Shown: positions 47,769 to 57,419, counted from the first letter of the stretch. The stretch: DNA of 64,000 nucleotides from Sneathiella sp. (GCF_002694385.1 NZ_NZMB01000018.1:27655-91654); one strand, 5' to 3'. Program-made: numbers and translations. Notes: generated from the sequence alone by a model not told the origin.

Positions 47769-48701
47769 TTAGCGCAGTTTCGGGTTAAATGTATCGCGCA
47801 GCCAGTCGCCGATCAGATTGACCGACAGAACCAGGATGACGAGGGTGAACGCCGGGAAGAAGGTGATCCACCATTCGCCCGAAAACAGGAAATTATTACC
47901 GATGCGGATCAGGGTGCCGAGCGACGGATTGGTCGGCGGCACGCCCACGCCCAGGAAGGACAGCGTTGCCTCGATGATGATGGCGACGGCCACCCCGATG
48001 GTCGCGACAATCAGCGTCGGGCCGACCACATTCGGGAAAATATGCCGCAGCAGGATCAGCCATGCCGGCGTCTGGATCAGCTTCGCCGCCGCGATATAAT
48101 CCTTGCGCCGCTCCACCATCGCGCCGCTGCGGGTGATGCGCGCATATTGTGGCCAGCTCGCAATGCCGATGGAGAAGATCAGCACCGGGATCGCCATTTC
48201 CTCATGCAATTCATTGCTCATGGACGTGCGGACAACCCCGTCAATCATCAGTGCGATCAGGATCGGCGGGATGGTGAGCTGGATATCGGCGACACGCATG
48301 ATCAGGGTGTCGATCCAGCTTCCCGTGGCGTAGCCCGCAATAATGCCGAGCGGAATGCCGATCGCCACCGACAGCAGCACGCTGAACAGCCCGACGATCA
48401 GCGAAATCTGCGTGCCATACATGATGGCGGCGAGAACATCGCGCCCCTGCCCGTCCGTCCCAAGGAAATGAGCCGCCGATCCGCCCGCCTCCCAGGCCGG
48501 CGGCAGGAACGCATCCATCAGGCTGAGGCTGCCGGGCTCAAACGGTGTGTAGCTCGTCAGATACGGCGCCCCGAAGGCCGCGCCGACCAGCAGCAGCGTG
48601 ACCAGACTCGCCAGCATGGTGAGGGGCGAGTGAAGAAAGCTCCAGGTCACATCGTGGTCGTAAAAACCCGCCCACCATTTCGATAATTTTGCCGTTTGCA
48701 T
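47769..48701 (-). CDS. Peptide ABC transporter permease (DppC/OppC-like)
   Basis: 310 aa polytopic protein with a BPD-transporter-type permease core and N-terminal OppC-like extension. Confidence 0.88.
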   Translation of the reverse strand: MQTAKLSKWWAGFYDHDVTWSFLHSPLTMLASLVTLLLVGAAFGAPYLTSYTPFEPGSLSLMDAFLPPAWEAGGSAAHFLGTDGQGRDVLAAIMYGTQISLIVGLFSVLLSVAIGIPLGIIAGYATGSWIDTLIMRVADIQLTIPPILIALMIDGVVRTSMSNELHEEMAIPVLIFSIGIASWPQYARITRSGAMVERRKDYIAAAKLIQTPAWLILLRHIFPNVVGPTLIVATIGVAVAIIIEATLSFLGVGVPPTNPSLGTLIRIGNNFLFSGEWWITFFPAFTLVILVLSVNLIGDWLRDTFNPKLR

Positions 48702-48715
48702 GTTGATATCTCCCC

Positions 48716-49693
48716 TTATCCCCTGACCTCGACGCGAAGCCGCGGGTCCACCACAAAATACAGCAGGTCAACAATCAGATTGATCATCACGAAGAAGAAG
48801 GCGACCATCACCAGATAAGCCGACATGACCGGCACATCGGCGAATTGCACCGCCTGGATGAACAGGCTGCCCATCCCCGGCCATTGAAAAACCGTTTCCG
48901 TAATGATCGAGAAGGCGATCAGCGAACCGATTTGCAGGCCCGCCACCGTGATCACGGGGATCAGGGTGTTCTTGAGGGCATGGCCGAAGTTGATGTCGCG
49001 CTGCCGCAGACCCCGCGCCCGGGCAAATTTGATGAAATCCGCCCGCATCACCTCCAGCATCTCGGAGCGGATGATGCGCAGGATCAGCGTCGTCTGATAC
49101 AGCGCCAGCGTGATGGACGGCAGAATGATGGCCTTCCAGCCGCTCAGCGTTAAGAGGCCGGTTGTCCAGCCACTGTCCAGCGTCACCACCTCACCGCGGC
49201 CAAAGGACGGCAGTATCTGGAATTTCACGGCAAACACATAAATCAGCAGGATGCCGATCACGAAGGTCGGCAGCGACACCCCGACCAGCGAGCCGGTCAG
49301 GATCACCTTGCTGAACCAGTGTTTTTTCTTGAGCCCCGTAAACAGCCCCCCGGCCACGCCGAGCAGAATGGCGATGATCGCCGAGACAAAGACCAGCTCC
49401 AGCGTTGCGGGCATCCGTTCGGCGACGACATCCTCGACCGGCCGTTGCAGACGGTAGGAAATCCCGAAATCGCCCTGCACGGCATTCACAACGAAGCGGC
49501 CGAACTGCACAATGAAGGGATCGTTGAGGCCAAGCTGGTCGCGCAACTCTTCCATGTCCTTGGTCGTCGATTCCTGCCCCACCATGTTGCTGATGGGATC
49601 GCCGACAAAATTGAACAGGAAGAAACTGAGCAGCGCGACAACCAGCATGACAATCGCCGACTGGACCAGTCGTTTCAGAATAAAATTCAGCAT
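48716..49693 (-). CDS. Peptide ABC transporter permease (DppB/OppB-like)
   Basis: 325 aa. MLNFILKRLVQSAIVMLVV... is the typical DppB/OppB N-terminus. Confidence 0.9.
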   Translation of the reverse strand: MLNFILKRLVQSAIVMLVVALLSFFLFNFVGDPISNMVGQESTTKDMEELRDQLGLNDPFIVQFGRFVVNAVQGDFGISYRLQRPVEDVVAERMPATLELVFVSAIIAILLGVAGGLFTGLKKKHWFSKVILTGSLVGVSLPTFVIGILLIYVFAVKFQILPSFGRGEVVTLDSGWTTGLLTLSGWKAIILPSITLALYQTTLILRIIRSEMLEVMRADFIKFARARGLRQRDINFGHALKNTLIPVITVAGLQIGSLIAFSIITETVFQWPGMGSLFIQAVQFADVPVMSAYLVMVAFFFVMINLIVDLLYFVVDPRLRVEVRG

Positions 49694-49764
49694 GATTTTG
49701 CTCCTGTTATGAAAGGGAACGGACAGGCGGCGCCCTCATACGGCCCGCCTGCCCGTCACAGTCG

Positions 49765-51354
49765 CTAGTTGCTGAAACTCGCCCAGTAGAAGCGGGGCAT
49801 ATCGTTCGGCTCGATCGGGATATTCAGGTTTTTCGACATGGCCCAGAAAATCATCTGGTGATGCAGCGGCAGATACGGGATATCCGCCTGAACCTGGGTC
49901 CAGATCTCCTCGATGATCCTGTTCCGCTCCTCCACATCCACGATGCCGCGAATAGCCTCGATCTTCGCGTCCAGTTCGGGCGTGCCATAGTGGGCCGCAT
50001 TCCAGGAGGCTTCCGAATGCACCAGATAATCAAACGCAAAACCCGAATCCATCGTCGGGACGCCCCAGCCAAGCAGGAAGAAATCCGTCGTCTTGCCGGT
50101 AATCAGCGGGAAGAACTGTGTCTTGGGCTGCGCATTCAGGCGTACCTCAACCCCGATTTTTGCCAGCATGCTGACCGCGGCCTGACAGATGGCCTCGTCA
50201 TTCTGGTAGCGGTTGTTGGGACAGTCGAGCTGCACCGAAAATCCCTCCGGATAACCAGCCTCGGCCAGCAGCGCCTTGGCCTTTTCCGGATCAAACGGCA
50301 GGCGGTTTTCATCCCATTCCGCCTTGTAGCCATTGATCGGCGGTTCGATAATCATTCCCGCCGGGACCGACATGCCGCGCATGATCGCCCGCTTGATCGC
50401 CTCCACATCGATGGCGTGATAGAAGGCCTGGCGCACCTTCACATCCTTGAAGGGGTTCTTGCCCTTGACGCTGGAATGCCGCAACTCGTCGGCCTTGACA
50501 TCGAAACCGAAGAAGATCGTCCGCATCTGCGCGGTCTGCTCCACCTTGAGATTACTGCTGCCGAGGATCCGGTTCAGATCCTGAATGGGCGGATCGGTCA
50601 CCAGATCTACCTCCCCGGACAGCAGCGCCGCGACGCGGGTCGCGTCATTGGTGATGGGCGTCCAGACGACCTTGTCAATATTATGCTTGTACTCCTCGTT
50701 GCCCCACCAGTTTTCATTGCGGACCAGCACTGTCTTGACGTCCGGCTCCCGGCTTTCCAGCTTGAACGCGCCGGTGCCATTGGTATGGCGGACCGCATAG
50801 GTTTCCTGGCTATCCTTGAAATTCTGTGGCGCTTCCACGCCATGCTCCTTGGCCCATTCCGCATCCATCATGAAGATGTTGACAAGCTGGTCGAGCAGAA
50901 TGGGGTTCGGCTTGTCCGTGACGAATTGAACGGTGTAATCATCTATCTTGCGGATTTCCGTGATCGTGTTCACATAGCCCTGCATCTGGCTTGTATCGGC
51001 CTGCGCCCGCTTGATCGAAAAGATAACATCGTCGGCATTGAAGGGATTGCCGTTATGGAACGTCACCCCTTCGCGCAGCTTGAATTCCCAGGTGTTCGGA
51101 TCAAGATTTTCCCAGCTAACCGCGAGCCCGGGAATTTTGACCATGCCGGGGTCGCGCATCACCAGCGCATCATACATCTGGATATCAATCATCAGGGTCA
51201 CCAGGGCATTCAGCGCATGCGGATCAAGCGTCGACGCATCGCTGACACTGGTATACCGCAGGACATTTTCCGCCTGAACGGGCGCCGCGAAGGGGGCTGC
51301 GGCAGCCCCCAGAACGAAACCCGCCACGGCAAGTTTCCTTGTCAATTTTAGCAT
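49765..51354 (-). CDS. ABC transporter substrate-binding protein, family 5 (peptide/nickel type)
   Basis: 529 aa. Signal peptide ending APVQAENV. The size and texture fit SBP_bac_5 proteins. It is the first gene of the operon. Confidence 0.88.
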   Translation of the reverse strand: MLKLTRKLAVAGFVLGAAAAPFAAPVQAENVLRYTSVSDASTLDPHALNALVTLMIDIQMYDALVMRDPGMVKIPGLAVSWENLDPNTWEFKLREGVTFHNGNPFNADDVIFSIKRAQADTSQMQGYVNTITEIRKIDDYTVQFVTDKPNPILLDQLVNIFMMDAEWAKEHGVEAPQNFKDSQETYAVRHTNGTGAFKLESREPDVKTVLVRNENWWGNEEYKHNIDKVVWTPITNDATRVAALLSGEVDLVTDPPIQDLNRILGSSNLKVEQTAQMRTIFFGFDVKADELRHSSVKGKNPFKDVKVRQAFYHAIDVEAIKRAIMRGMSVPAGMIIEPPINGYKAEWDENRLPFDPEKAKALLAEAGYPEGFSVQLDCPNNRYQNDEAICQAAVSMLAKIGVEVRLNAQPKTQFFPLITGKTTDFFLLGWGVPTMDSGFAFDYLVHSEASWNAAHYGTPELDAKIEAIRGIVDVEERNRIIEEIWTQVQADIPYLPLHHQMIFWAMSKNLNIPIEPNDMPRFYWASFSN

Positions 51355-51509
51355 AATACCTCCTTGTTTTCACATCTGTCGGAGGCAGCCCTGGCATCAG
51401 GACCTCCCTCGCCCCCATTTTGCGTATCCCGTCCCGGTTCAATCAAAGGTAACGAAATTCGCCTGCAAAATTATTTTGCTAATATTCACTTCATAAGTAA
51501 AATACGGTT

Positions 51510-51527
51510 TCATAAATTAATTCATGA
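51510..51527. promoter_or_regulatory. Candidate LysR-type operator (near-palindrome) in the divergent promoter region
   Basis: TCATAAATT|AATTCATGA (one mismatch per 9-bp arm), 10 bp upstream of the LysR ATG. TTCATAA recurs at 51490 and 51509, and TTCATGA at 51521. Confidence 0.35.
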
Positions 51528-51536
51528 GTTTTTCAG

Positions 51537-52475
51537 ATGAATGTTTCCTACAAGGTCATGAAGTATTTCGCCGCGGCGGCGCATCACAAAAGCCTCTCCA
51601 AAGCGGCGGCGGAGATGAATATTTCCCAGTCGGCCATCAGCCTCGCCGTGGACAGCCTGGAGCGGGAGCTGGGGCTGTCCCTGCTCAATCGTCAACGCTC
51701 AAAAGGGATTTCCCTGACCGTCAAGGGGCAGGAGGTGCTGACCCGTATCCAGAGCATTCTTGACCAGGTGGATAATTTCGAGCGCGACATGCTCGGCCTG
51801 CAGGAGGATATCTCCGGCGATCTGCATATCGGCTGTTTCACGCCGCTGGCGCCCATCGTTCTGGTGCCGGTTCTGAAACGGATGATCACGGCGCATCAGG
51901 CCATCCGCGCCAATATTATCGAAGGCAATGTGCGGCATATTTTTGACTGCATCCACCGCGGCGAGGTGGATGTCGGCATTTCCTATGATGAGGCGGATAT
52001 CAGCGCGGGGCTCAAAACCCAGACGCTGGCGGTGGTGCCGCCGCATGTGGTCGTGCCCTATGATCATCCGCTGGCGGAAATGCCGACAATCCCCATCTCG
52101 GCGCTGATCAATCAGAACCTGATCCTGCTCGACCTGCCAAGCTCGCGGCAATATTACACCTCGCTCTTTGAAACCGCCGGTTTCCAGCCGAAATTCGCCT
52201 ATAAATCCGGTAATTACGAAATGATCCGCAGCATGGTGGGGGCCGGGATCGGCATTGCCATCCTGCAAACCTGCCCGCCCATCGACTATACGCAATCCGG
52301 GACAAAGGTTGTCTGCAAGCCGATCCGGGAAAATCTCCGTAAATCCCGGCTGGTCGTCGCCTATACGCAGCAGGCCATCAAGCGCAACTCCGTGAAAGCC
52401 TTTGTGCAGCAGTGCGAAGCCTATTTCACAACGGAAGCGAGCCGCCGTCTGATCGTGTCACGGAAACTGGCGTAA
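51537..52475 (+). CDS. LysR family transcriptional regulator
   Basis: 312 aa. N-terminal HTH (HHKSLSKAAAEMNISQSAISLAVDSLERELG) and a LysR substrate-binding domain. Divergent from the peptide ABC operon. Confidence 0.92.
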   Translation: MNVSYKVMKYFAAAAHHKSLSKAAAEMNISQSAISLAVDSLERELGLSLLNRQRSKGISLTVKGQEVLTRIQSILDQVDNFERDMLGLQEDISGDLHIGCFTPLAPIVLVPVLKRMITAHQAIRANIIEGNVRHIFDCIHRGEVDVGISYDEADISAGLKTQTLAVVPPHVVVPYDHPLAEMPTIPISALINQNLILLDLPSSRQYYTSLFETAGFQPKFAYKSGNYEMIRSMVGAGIGIAILQTCPPIDYTQSGTKVVCKPIRENLRKSRLVVAYTQQAIKRNSVKAFVQQCEAYFTTEASRRLIVSRKLA

Positions 52476-52616
52476 TACCGGAAAGAAGGATAAATTTCAC
52501 AGTACAGACAATAATACAAAAGTAAAAATCAATTAATTACTGAAATATAAAATCACATTTACTTGTCTCTGACGTTTATTTCCAGAAATTTGTTTTTTCT
52601 AAAGATAGGAAATATT

Positions 52617-54599
52617 ATGTCAGGAGCCTTTAAATCTAAATTCCCCGTTGTCTCAAGCCTTCAGCGGGCGCTTGTCTTGACGCGCGGCATGAACCGGCTG
52701 TTTTTCATGCAGAGCCGGGGATACCGCTTCACCAGCCTGCCCGACTATGACATGACCAAGGCAAAATACCGCACCAAAGGCGGCGATATGTTCGGCTGTT
52801 ATATGGAAGAAGCCGCCTTTGAAAAATATTACAAGGATGTCTGCAAGCGGCTCGACGTGCCGGTGGAGCTCGACAGCGCCACCAGCGACCTGATCAACAT
52901 GCTGACCCTGTCCAAATATGACGATATCGTCGATATCCACGGCCAGATATCCTCCCCGAAAGAGAATGTTCGCGCGCCCATCCAGAATATCGGCGGGCAG
53001 GAAGAGGATGCGCCGAAGGAAATCACCTGGCCCGCGCAATATTCCGATCCGGTGGCCTCCGTCGGCGGCATGATCCGCAATGTCCTCTATGCCTCCCTGC
53101 AGAGCGAGGTGGAGCGTAATCTCAAATTCGTCGAGTCTCTGGCCGGCCAGATTGACGAGGGCGAAGGGCAGATGGGCTCCGTTGTGCAGTATTATGTCGG
53201 ACGCGGGCCCAATGTGCCGTTCAGCGCGCTCAACTTCCTGCTGAAGCAAAAGAGCGGCAAGGCCCTGTCCGAAGAGGAGCTGCAGGAGGAGGGGGCCGTC
53301 ACAAAAATGATCAATGCCTATCTGAACGGCATTCTGCCCGGCGCTGCCGCCAGTTTCAAAATCGACATGAAGAAGCAGGGCATCTCTGCCGTGCATATCC
53401 AGTCGCCGCATTCCTCCGCCGTTGTCAAATACCGTCTCAAGAACGGCAAGAGCGGCTATATGGGCGCGGAAGTCGGGCGCCCGAGCTTTACCTATGTCAA
53501 TGGCAAGCTGGTGATGAATGCCCATGAGCAGGTCGTCGATCCGGCGGTGTTCCAGTCCATGAACCGCCAGCGGCTCGCCCCGAAAGACCTGCCGCTGACC
53601 ATCGAGGATTACAGGAAACGCGAGACCGGCGTCACCCTTGAAAATTTCTTTTTGCAGGATGCCTCCGTCAAATATGACCAGCTCAGCGCTGAAAACCAGC
53701 CACTCGTCAAGACGGTCAGCCTGGTGGATCATGAAACCGGCAAAGGCCAGGCCGTTTATCTGAGCGATGGCGTGCCCGCCGCTTCGGTGATCCATAAGGT
53801 GCCCTATGCGGGCCGCCTCGCCAAGGTTCTCTACTTCCTCACCGGCCAGTATCCGTGGGAGGCGCTGCGTTTCGGCGGCTATTTCGCCCATGACGCCCTG
53901 ACCGGACAGAGCCGCGCCTGCGAGGCCCTTGTTGTTTTCGGCAGTGATATTGCCGGGATCAAGCCGCAGGAGCTGCTGCCGGTGCTCGCCGGTCTGGATC
54001 AGTATGACCTGTCCCAGGAAATGCGCGAATCGGTGTATGAGAATATTCTCTTCGCCGAACTGGCCGATCCGTCCAAAAGCGATGTGTCCTCCAGCATTTT
54101 CAGCGAAAAGGCCGCGAAGGACTATCTGACCCTGTCGGCCAACGCCTTTGTCACCATGCAGCTTTACAAGGATCTGCTGCAAACGGCCGAAAGCGCGATC
54201 AAGGCGGCGAAGCTGCTCGGCAAGACGGATGTGGAGGCGGAAAGCGTGCGCGATCTCGTGCTCTCCCAGACCAAGAACTTCATGCGCCGTTATGCGCATA
54301 TGTGGGCGATCGGCGCCGCGCTGACCATCAACCTGCATAAAAACTACGGCGCGGCCCTGTTCCTCGATACGCCGCCGAAGGAGGTCTCCATCGCCGACGC
54401 CCTAAAGGAAAAGGCCCCGAGCAGCGGCACGCTTCTTTTCATGGTCAAATTCGTCACCGAGAAGCGCGATGCCCTGAAAACCGCGCCGGACGGGGAAAGC
54501 GAGAAAAGCCGGAAGGTGCGCGAAAACTCCCTCGATCTCGCGGAAAAATCGCTCAAATACATCGCCGGGATCAAATCCGAACTGGGCATAAAGGACTGA
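52617..54599 (+). CDS. Hypothetical protein (660 aa, no recognisable domain)
   Basis: The ATG at 52617 is preceded by AGGAAA. The amino-acid composition is balanced and the third-position-GC codon usage is host-like. The opposite-strand 561-aa ORF (52653-54338) is an Arg/Gly/His shadow. No signal peptide or TM helix is visible. Confidence 0.7.
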   Translation: MSGAFKSKFPVVSSLQRALVLTRGMNRLFFMQSRGYRFTSLPDYDMTKAKYRTKGGDMFGCYMEEAAFEKYYKDVCKRLDVPVELDSATSDLINMLTLSKYDDIVDIHGQISSPKENVRAPIQNIGGQEEDAPKEITWPAQYSDPVASVGGMIRNVLYASLQSEVERNLKFVESLAGQIDEGEGQMGSVVQYYVGRGPNVPFSALNFLLKQKSGKALSEEELQEEGAVTKMINAYLNGILPGAAASFKIDMKKQGISAVHIQSPHSSAVVKYRLKNGKSGYMGAEVGRPSFTYVNGKLVMNAHEQVVDPAVFQSMNRQRLAPKDLPLTIEDYRKRETGVTLENFFLQDASVKYDQLSAENQPLVKTVSLVDHETGKGQAVYLSDGVPAASVIHKVPYAGRLAKVLYFLTGQYPWEALRFGGYFAHDALTGQSRACEALVVFGSDIAGIKPQELLPVLAGLDQYDLSQEMRESVYENILFAELADPSKSDVSSSIFSEKAAKDYLTLSANAFVTMQLYKDLLQTAESAIKAAKLLGKTDVEAESVRDLVLSQTKNFMRRYAHMWAIGAALTINLHKNYGAALFLDTPPKEVSIADALKEKAPSSGTLLFMVKFVTEKRDALKTAPDGESEKSRKVRENSLDLAEKSLKYIAGIKSELGIKD

Positions 54600-54614
54600 T
54601 CATCCACAGATAAA

Positions 54615-54647
54615 GGCAGGGCGGCGCATCCGCTGTCTCGCCCTGCC
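54615..54647. terminator. Hairpin between convergent genes (possible terminator)
   Basis: GGCAGGGCG, a 15-nt loop, CGCCCTGCC. Only a weak T tract on either side. Confidence 0.4.
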
Positions 54648-54677
54648 CCGTTCACCTCTTTTCAGCCTCTCGCGTGT

Positions 54678-54980
54678 TTACTGCTTCTTGATGAATTTGT
54701 TGATGATCAGGCCGGCGACGATCTGGACAACGGCGCCCGCCACACCGCCGCCGACGAACTGACCGGCGAGGGCGGCTATGTCAATGCCGCCTGCGGCCAT
54801 GCCATCTGCGGCCATGCCGCCCGCGCCCAGAATGGGGCCGAGCAGCGCACCGCCCCCGACGCCGCCAACCGCGCCCGCAATCAGATTGCCAATATTGCCA
54901 AGATCCGCGGCTTTCACCGCCTTACCGCTGACGCCGCCGCCGACAAGGCCGCCAACCAGCTGCGCAATGAGTGCTTCCAT
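54678..54980 (-). CDS. Small glycine-zipper membrane protein (GlsB/YeaQ/YmgE-like texture)
   Basis: About 100 aa. MEALIAQLVGGLVGGGVSGK...GAVGGVGGGALLGPILGAGG...VGGGVAGAVVQIVAGLIINKFIKKQ. The ATG at 54980 lies 7 nt after a G6 run; alternatives are 54986 and 55025. Confidence 0.6.
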   Translation of the reverse strand: MEALIAQLVGGLVGGGVSGKAVKAADLGNIGNLIAGAVGGVGGGALLGPILGAGGMAADGMAAGGIDIAALAGQFVGGGVAGAVVQIVAGLIINKFIKKQ

Positions 54981-55298
54981 CGTCATACCCCCCCTGTTGC
55001 CAGTCCCATTTCGCCCATCCTTCATATTAACATGCTCTAATATGTCGGATAAGGCATTATTACGGCCTCACCGGGATTGCGTCAATCCTGTTGCGATGAT
55101 GCAGCATCATTATACCAGATGTGCCCTGTAATCGGATACAAAAGCGCAGATGTTCTTGGGCGCGGACTTGAGTGATGAGAGTGGTGTGGTGATTACGGGA
55201 CAGATTTTGATCGATTTATTTGTTCTGGACCATTAGAAATGCCAAATAGTAGACTCGTCGTAGGATATTCAATTGGAAGCTATATTAGGTCTATGTAG

Positions 55299-55997
55299 AT
55301 GGAATTAATTGCTAAGTTTCTAAACTTATTGAATGAGAATGCAGCAGCCTTGACTGCAGTAGCGACCGTCGCAATTGCTTGGCTGACGTTTACGCTTGCA
55401 AAAGAAAACAAAAGACTGCGAAAGGCAGGCACTGAACCGGAAGTTATTGCCTCTTTAATTCCCGGTCCCGATGGGAATGGAGCCGTCAATTTTATTTTAG
55501 CAAATATAGGCCAAGGGCCCGCTTTAAAAGTAAAATTCTCACTAGAATATGATGAAAATGATTTTAGCAATCACAATGTACTAGTTCAAAACTCACGTGA
55601 CCGTTCCGCAATGACGGTCATTCCTCAAGGAGAAAAAGTTTCCGTATTATTCGGAATTTCGTATGTGCTATTCGGCACAGAAAATCCCAAAAACGATCAA
55701 ATTCTTAAGCCTTTCAAAGTGATTATTACTTATAAAGATCTAAGAGGCAAACGGCGTAAGTCTGTTCATGAAATTGATATTTCACAATATTCCGGCTTGC
55801 GAGGACTCTTATCAAAGCCTGCCAGTCGCGAAATAGCAGACAACTTGAAAAAGATCGAACAGCACCTATCCAAGATTTCACGGCAAGTTGGGCCAATTTT
55901 AAATTCAGTAGATGCCAGCACTCCTGCCGATGCGCTTAAACAGAAAATATCAGGAAGCAGCATTCAAACAAATGATGAGAAAAACACCTGTAACTAA
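55299..55997 (+). CDS. Hypothetical membrane-anchored protein in an AT-rich islet
   Basis: 232 aa. One N-terminal TM helix (AAALTAVATVAIAWLTFTLA), then a soluble, probably beta-rich domain and a polar tail. Codon usage is AT-rich, unlike the neighbours. I recognise no family. Confidence 0.6.
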   Translation: MELIAKFLNLLNENAAALTAVATVAIAWLTFTLAKENKRLRKAGTEPEVIASLIPGPDGNGAVNFILANIGQGPALKVKFSLEYDENDFSNHNVLVQNSRDRSAMTVIPQGEKVSVLFGISYVLFGTENPKNDQILKPFKVIITYKDLRGKRRKSVHEIDISQYSGLRGLLSKPASREIADNLKKIEQHLSKISRQVGPILNSVDASTPADALKQKISGSSIQTNDEKNTCN

Positions 55998-56041
55998 TTG
56001 TTTGAAAATTCAATTTTTAAAATTCATCGGGGACACAACCT

Positions 56042-57412
56042 TCACCCCTTCTCCGCATAGGGGTTTTTGCCCGTGCGGGTCATGATGCGGATCGGCACGG
56101 CGGGGAGGTTGAAGTCGGTGCGCAGGCCGTTGATGAGATAGCGGATATAGCTTTCCGGCAGCTCCCCGCGCGAGGACATGAACAGGCTGAAGGTCGGCGG
56201 GCGCGCCTTCACCTGCGTCATATAGCGGATTTTGAGGCGGCGTCCCTTGACCATGGGCGGCGGATGCTGCTCCAGCATCACTTCCAGCCAGCGGTTGAGC
56301 CGGGATGTCGGAATGCGGCTGTTCCACAGATCATAGACTTCCATCACCTTCGGCAGCAGTTTTTCAACCCCGCGCCCGGACAGCGCCGAGAGCGTCACCA
56401 CCGGCACGCCGCGCACCTGTGGCAGCGAAATCGCCAGCCGGTCGCGGATGAGTTTCAGCGTCGCCTGCCGATCCGCCACCGCATCCCATTTATTGACCGC
56501 GATGACGAGGGCGCGGCCCTCCTCGATCACATGGGCGGCGATGTTGAGATCCTGCTTTTCAAACGTCTCCACCCCGTCGATCAGCAGCACCACGACCTCG
56601 GCCATGCGGATGACGCGCAGGCTGTCGGCGACCGAGAGTTTTTCGAGCTTCTGCTGCACCCGCGCCTTTTTGCGAAGCCCGGCCGTATCGACCAGCCTGA
56701 CCGCCCGCCCTTCGAATTCCCATTCAACGGCAATGGAATCGCGGGTCACCCCGGCTTCCGGCCCGGTCAGCATCCGGTCCTCCCCCACCAGCGTATTGAC
56801 GAGGGTGGACTTCCCCGCATTGGGGCGGCCGACAATGGCAAGCTGCAACGGCTTTTCGGCCGCATCCTCTGCGTCCTCCGCCGCCGCGTCTGCCGTCTCC
56901 TCTTGCGCCGCCTCCGCCGCGGCCTCAAAGGGCAGCAGCGCCTCGAACAGGTCCGCCATCCCCTCGCCATGCTCCGCGGACAGCGGCACCGGCTCGCCGA
57001 GACCAAGGCTGAAACTCTCCATCAACCCCGGCGTCCCTGCCTTGCCCTCGCATTTATTGGCGACAAGGATAACGGGGGTCTCGCTGCGCCGGAGCCACCC
57101 GGCGAAATGCTCATCAAGCGGCGTCACGCCCGCCTTCGCGTCAATCAGCATCAGGACGACATCCGCCTCGGCCAGCGCCAATTCCGTCTGGCGGCGCATC
57201 CGCCCTTCCAGGCTGTCATCGAATTTCTCTTCAAGACCCGCCGTATCAATAATGCGGAATTTGAGGGTGCCGATGCGCCCCTCCCCCTCGCGGCGGTCAC
57301 GGGTGACGCCCGGCGTATCATCGACCAGCGCCAGCTTTTTCCCCACCAGCCGGTTGAACAGGGTCGATTTGCCGACATTGGGACGGCCGAGAATGGCGAC
57401 GGTAAAGGTCAT
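56042..57412 (-). CDS. der: Ribosome biogenesis GTPase Der (EngA)
   Basis: Two tandem G domains ([24 protein letters not shown]) plus a KH-like C-terminus. Start moved to the ATG at 57412 ([12 protein letters not shown]...). Confidence 0.95.
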   Translation of the reverse strand: MTFTVAILGRPNVGKSTLFNRLVGKKLALVDDTPGVTRDRREGEGRIGTLKFRIIDTAGLEEKFDDSLEGRMRRQTELALAEADVVLMLIDAKAGVTPLDEHFAGWLRRSETPVILVANKCEGKAGTPGLMESFSLGLGEPVPLSAEHGEGMADLFEALLPFEAAAEAAQEETADAAAEDAEDAAEKPLQLAIVGRPNAGKSTLVNTLVGEDRMLTGPEAGVTRDSIAVEWEFEGRAVRLVDTAGLRKKARVQQKLEKLSVADSLRVIRMAEVVVLLIDGVETFEKQDLNIAAHVIEEGRALVIAVNKWDAVADRQATLKLIRDRLAISLPQVRGVPVVTLSALSGRGVEKLLPKVMEVYDLWNSRIPTSRLNRWLEVMLEQHPPPMVKGRRLKIRYMTQVKARPPTFSLFMSSRGELPESYIRYLINGLRTDFNLPAVPIRIMTRTGKNPYAEKG

Positions 57413-57419
57413 TTCGTTA

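Noticed and set aside
55268-56025. ATTCAATT present at both edges of the AT-rich islet (about 55271 and about 56010), considered as a target-site duplication.
   Set aside because: An 8-bp AT-rich match is expected by chance in AT-rich DNA. There are no inverted repeats or recombinase to support a mobile element.
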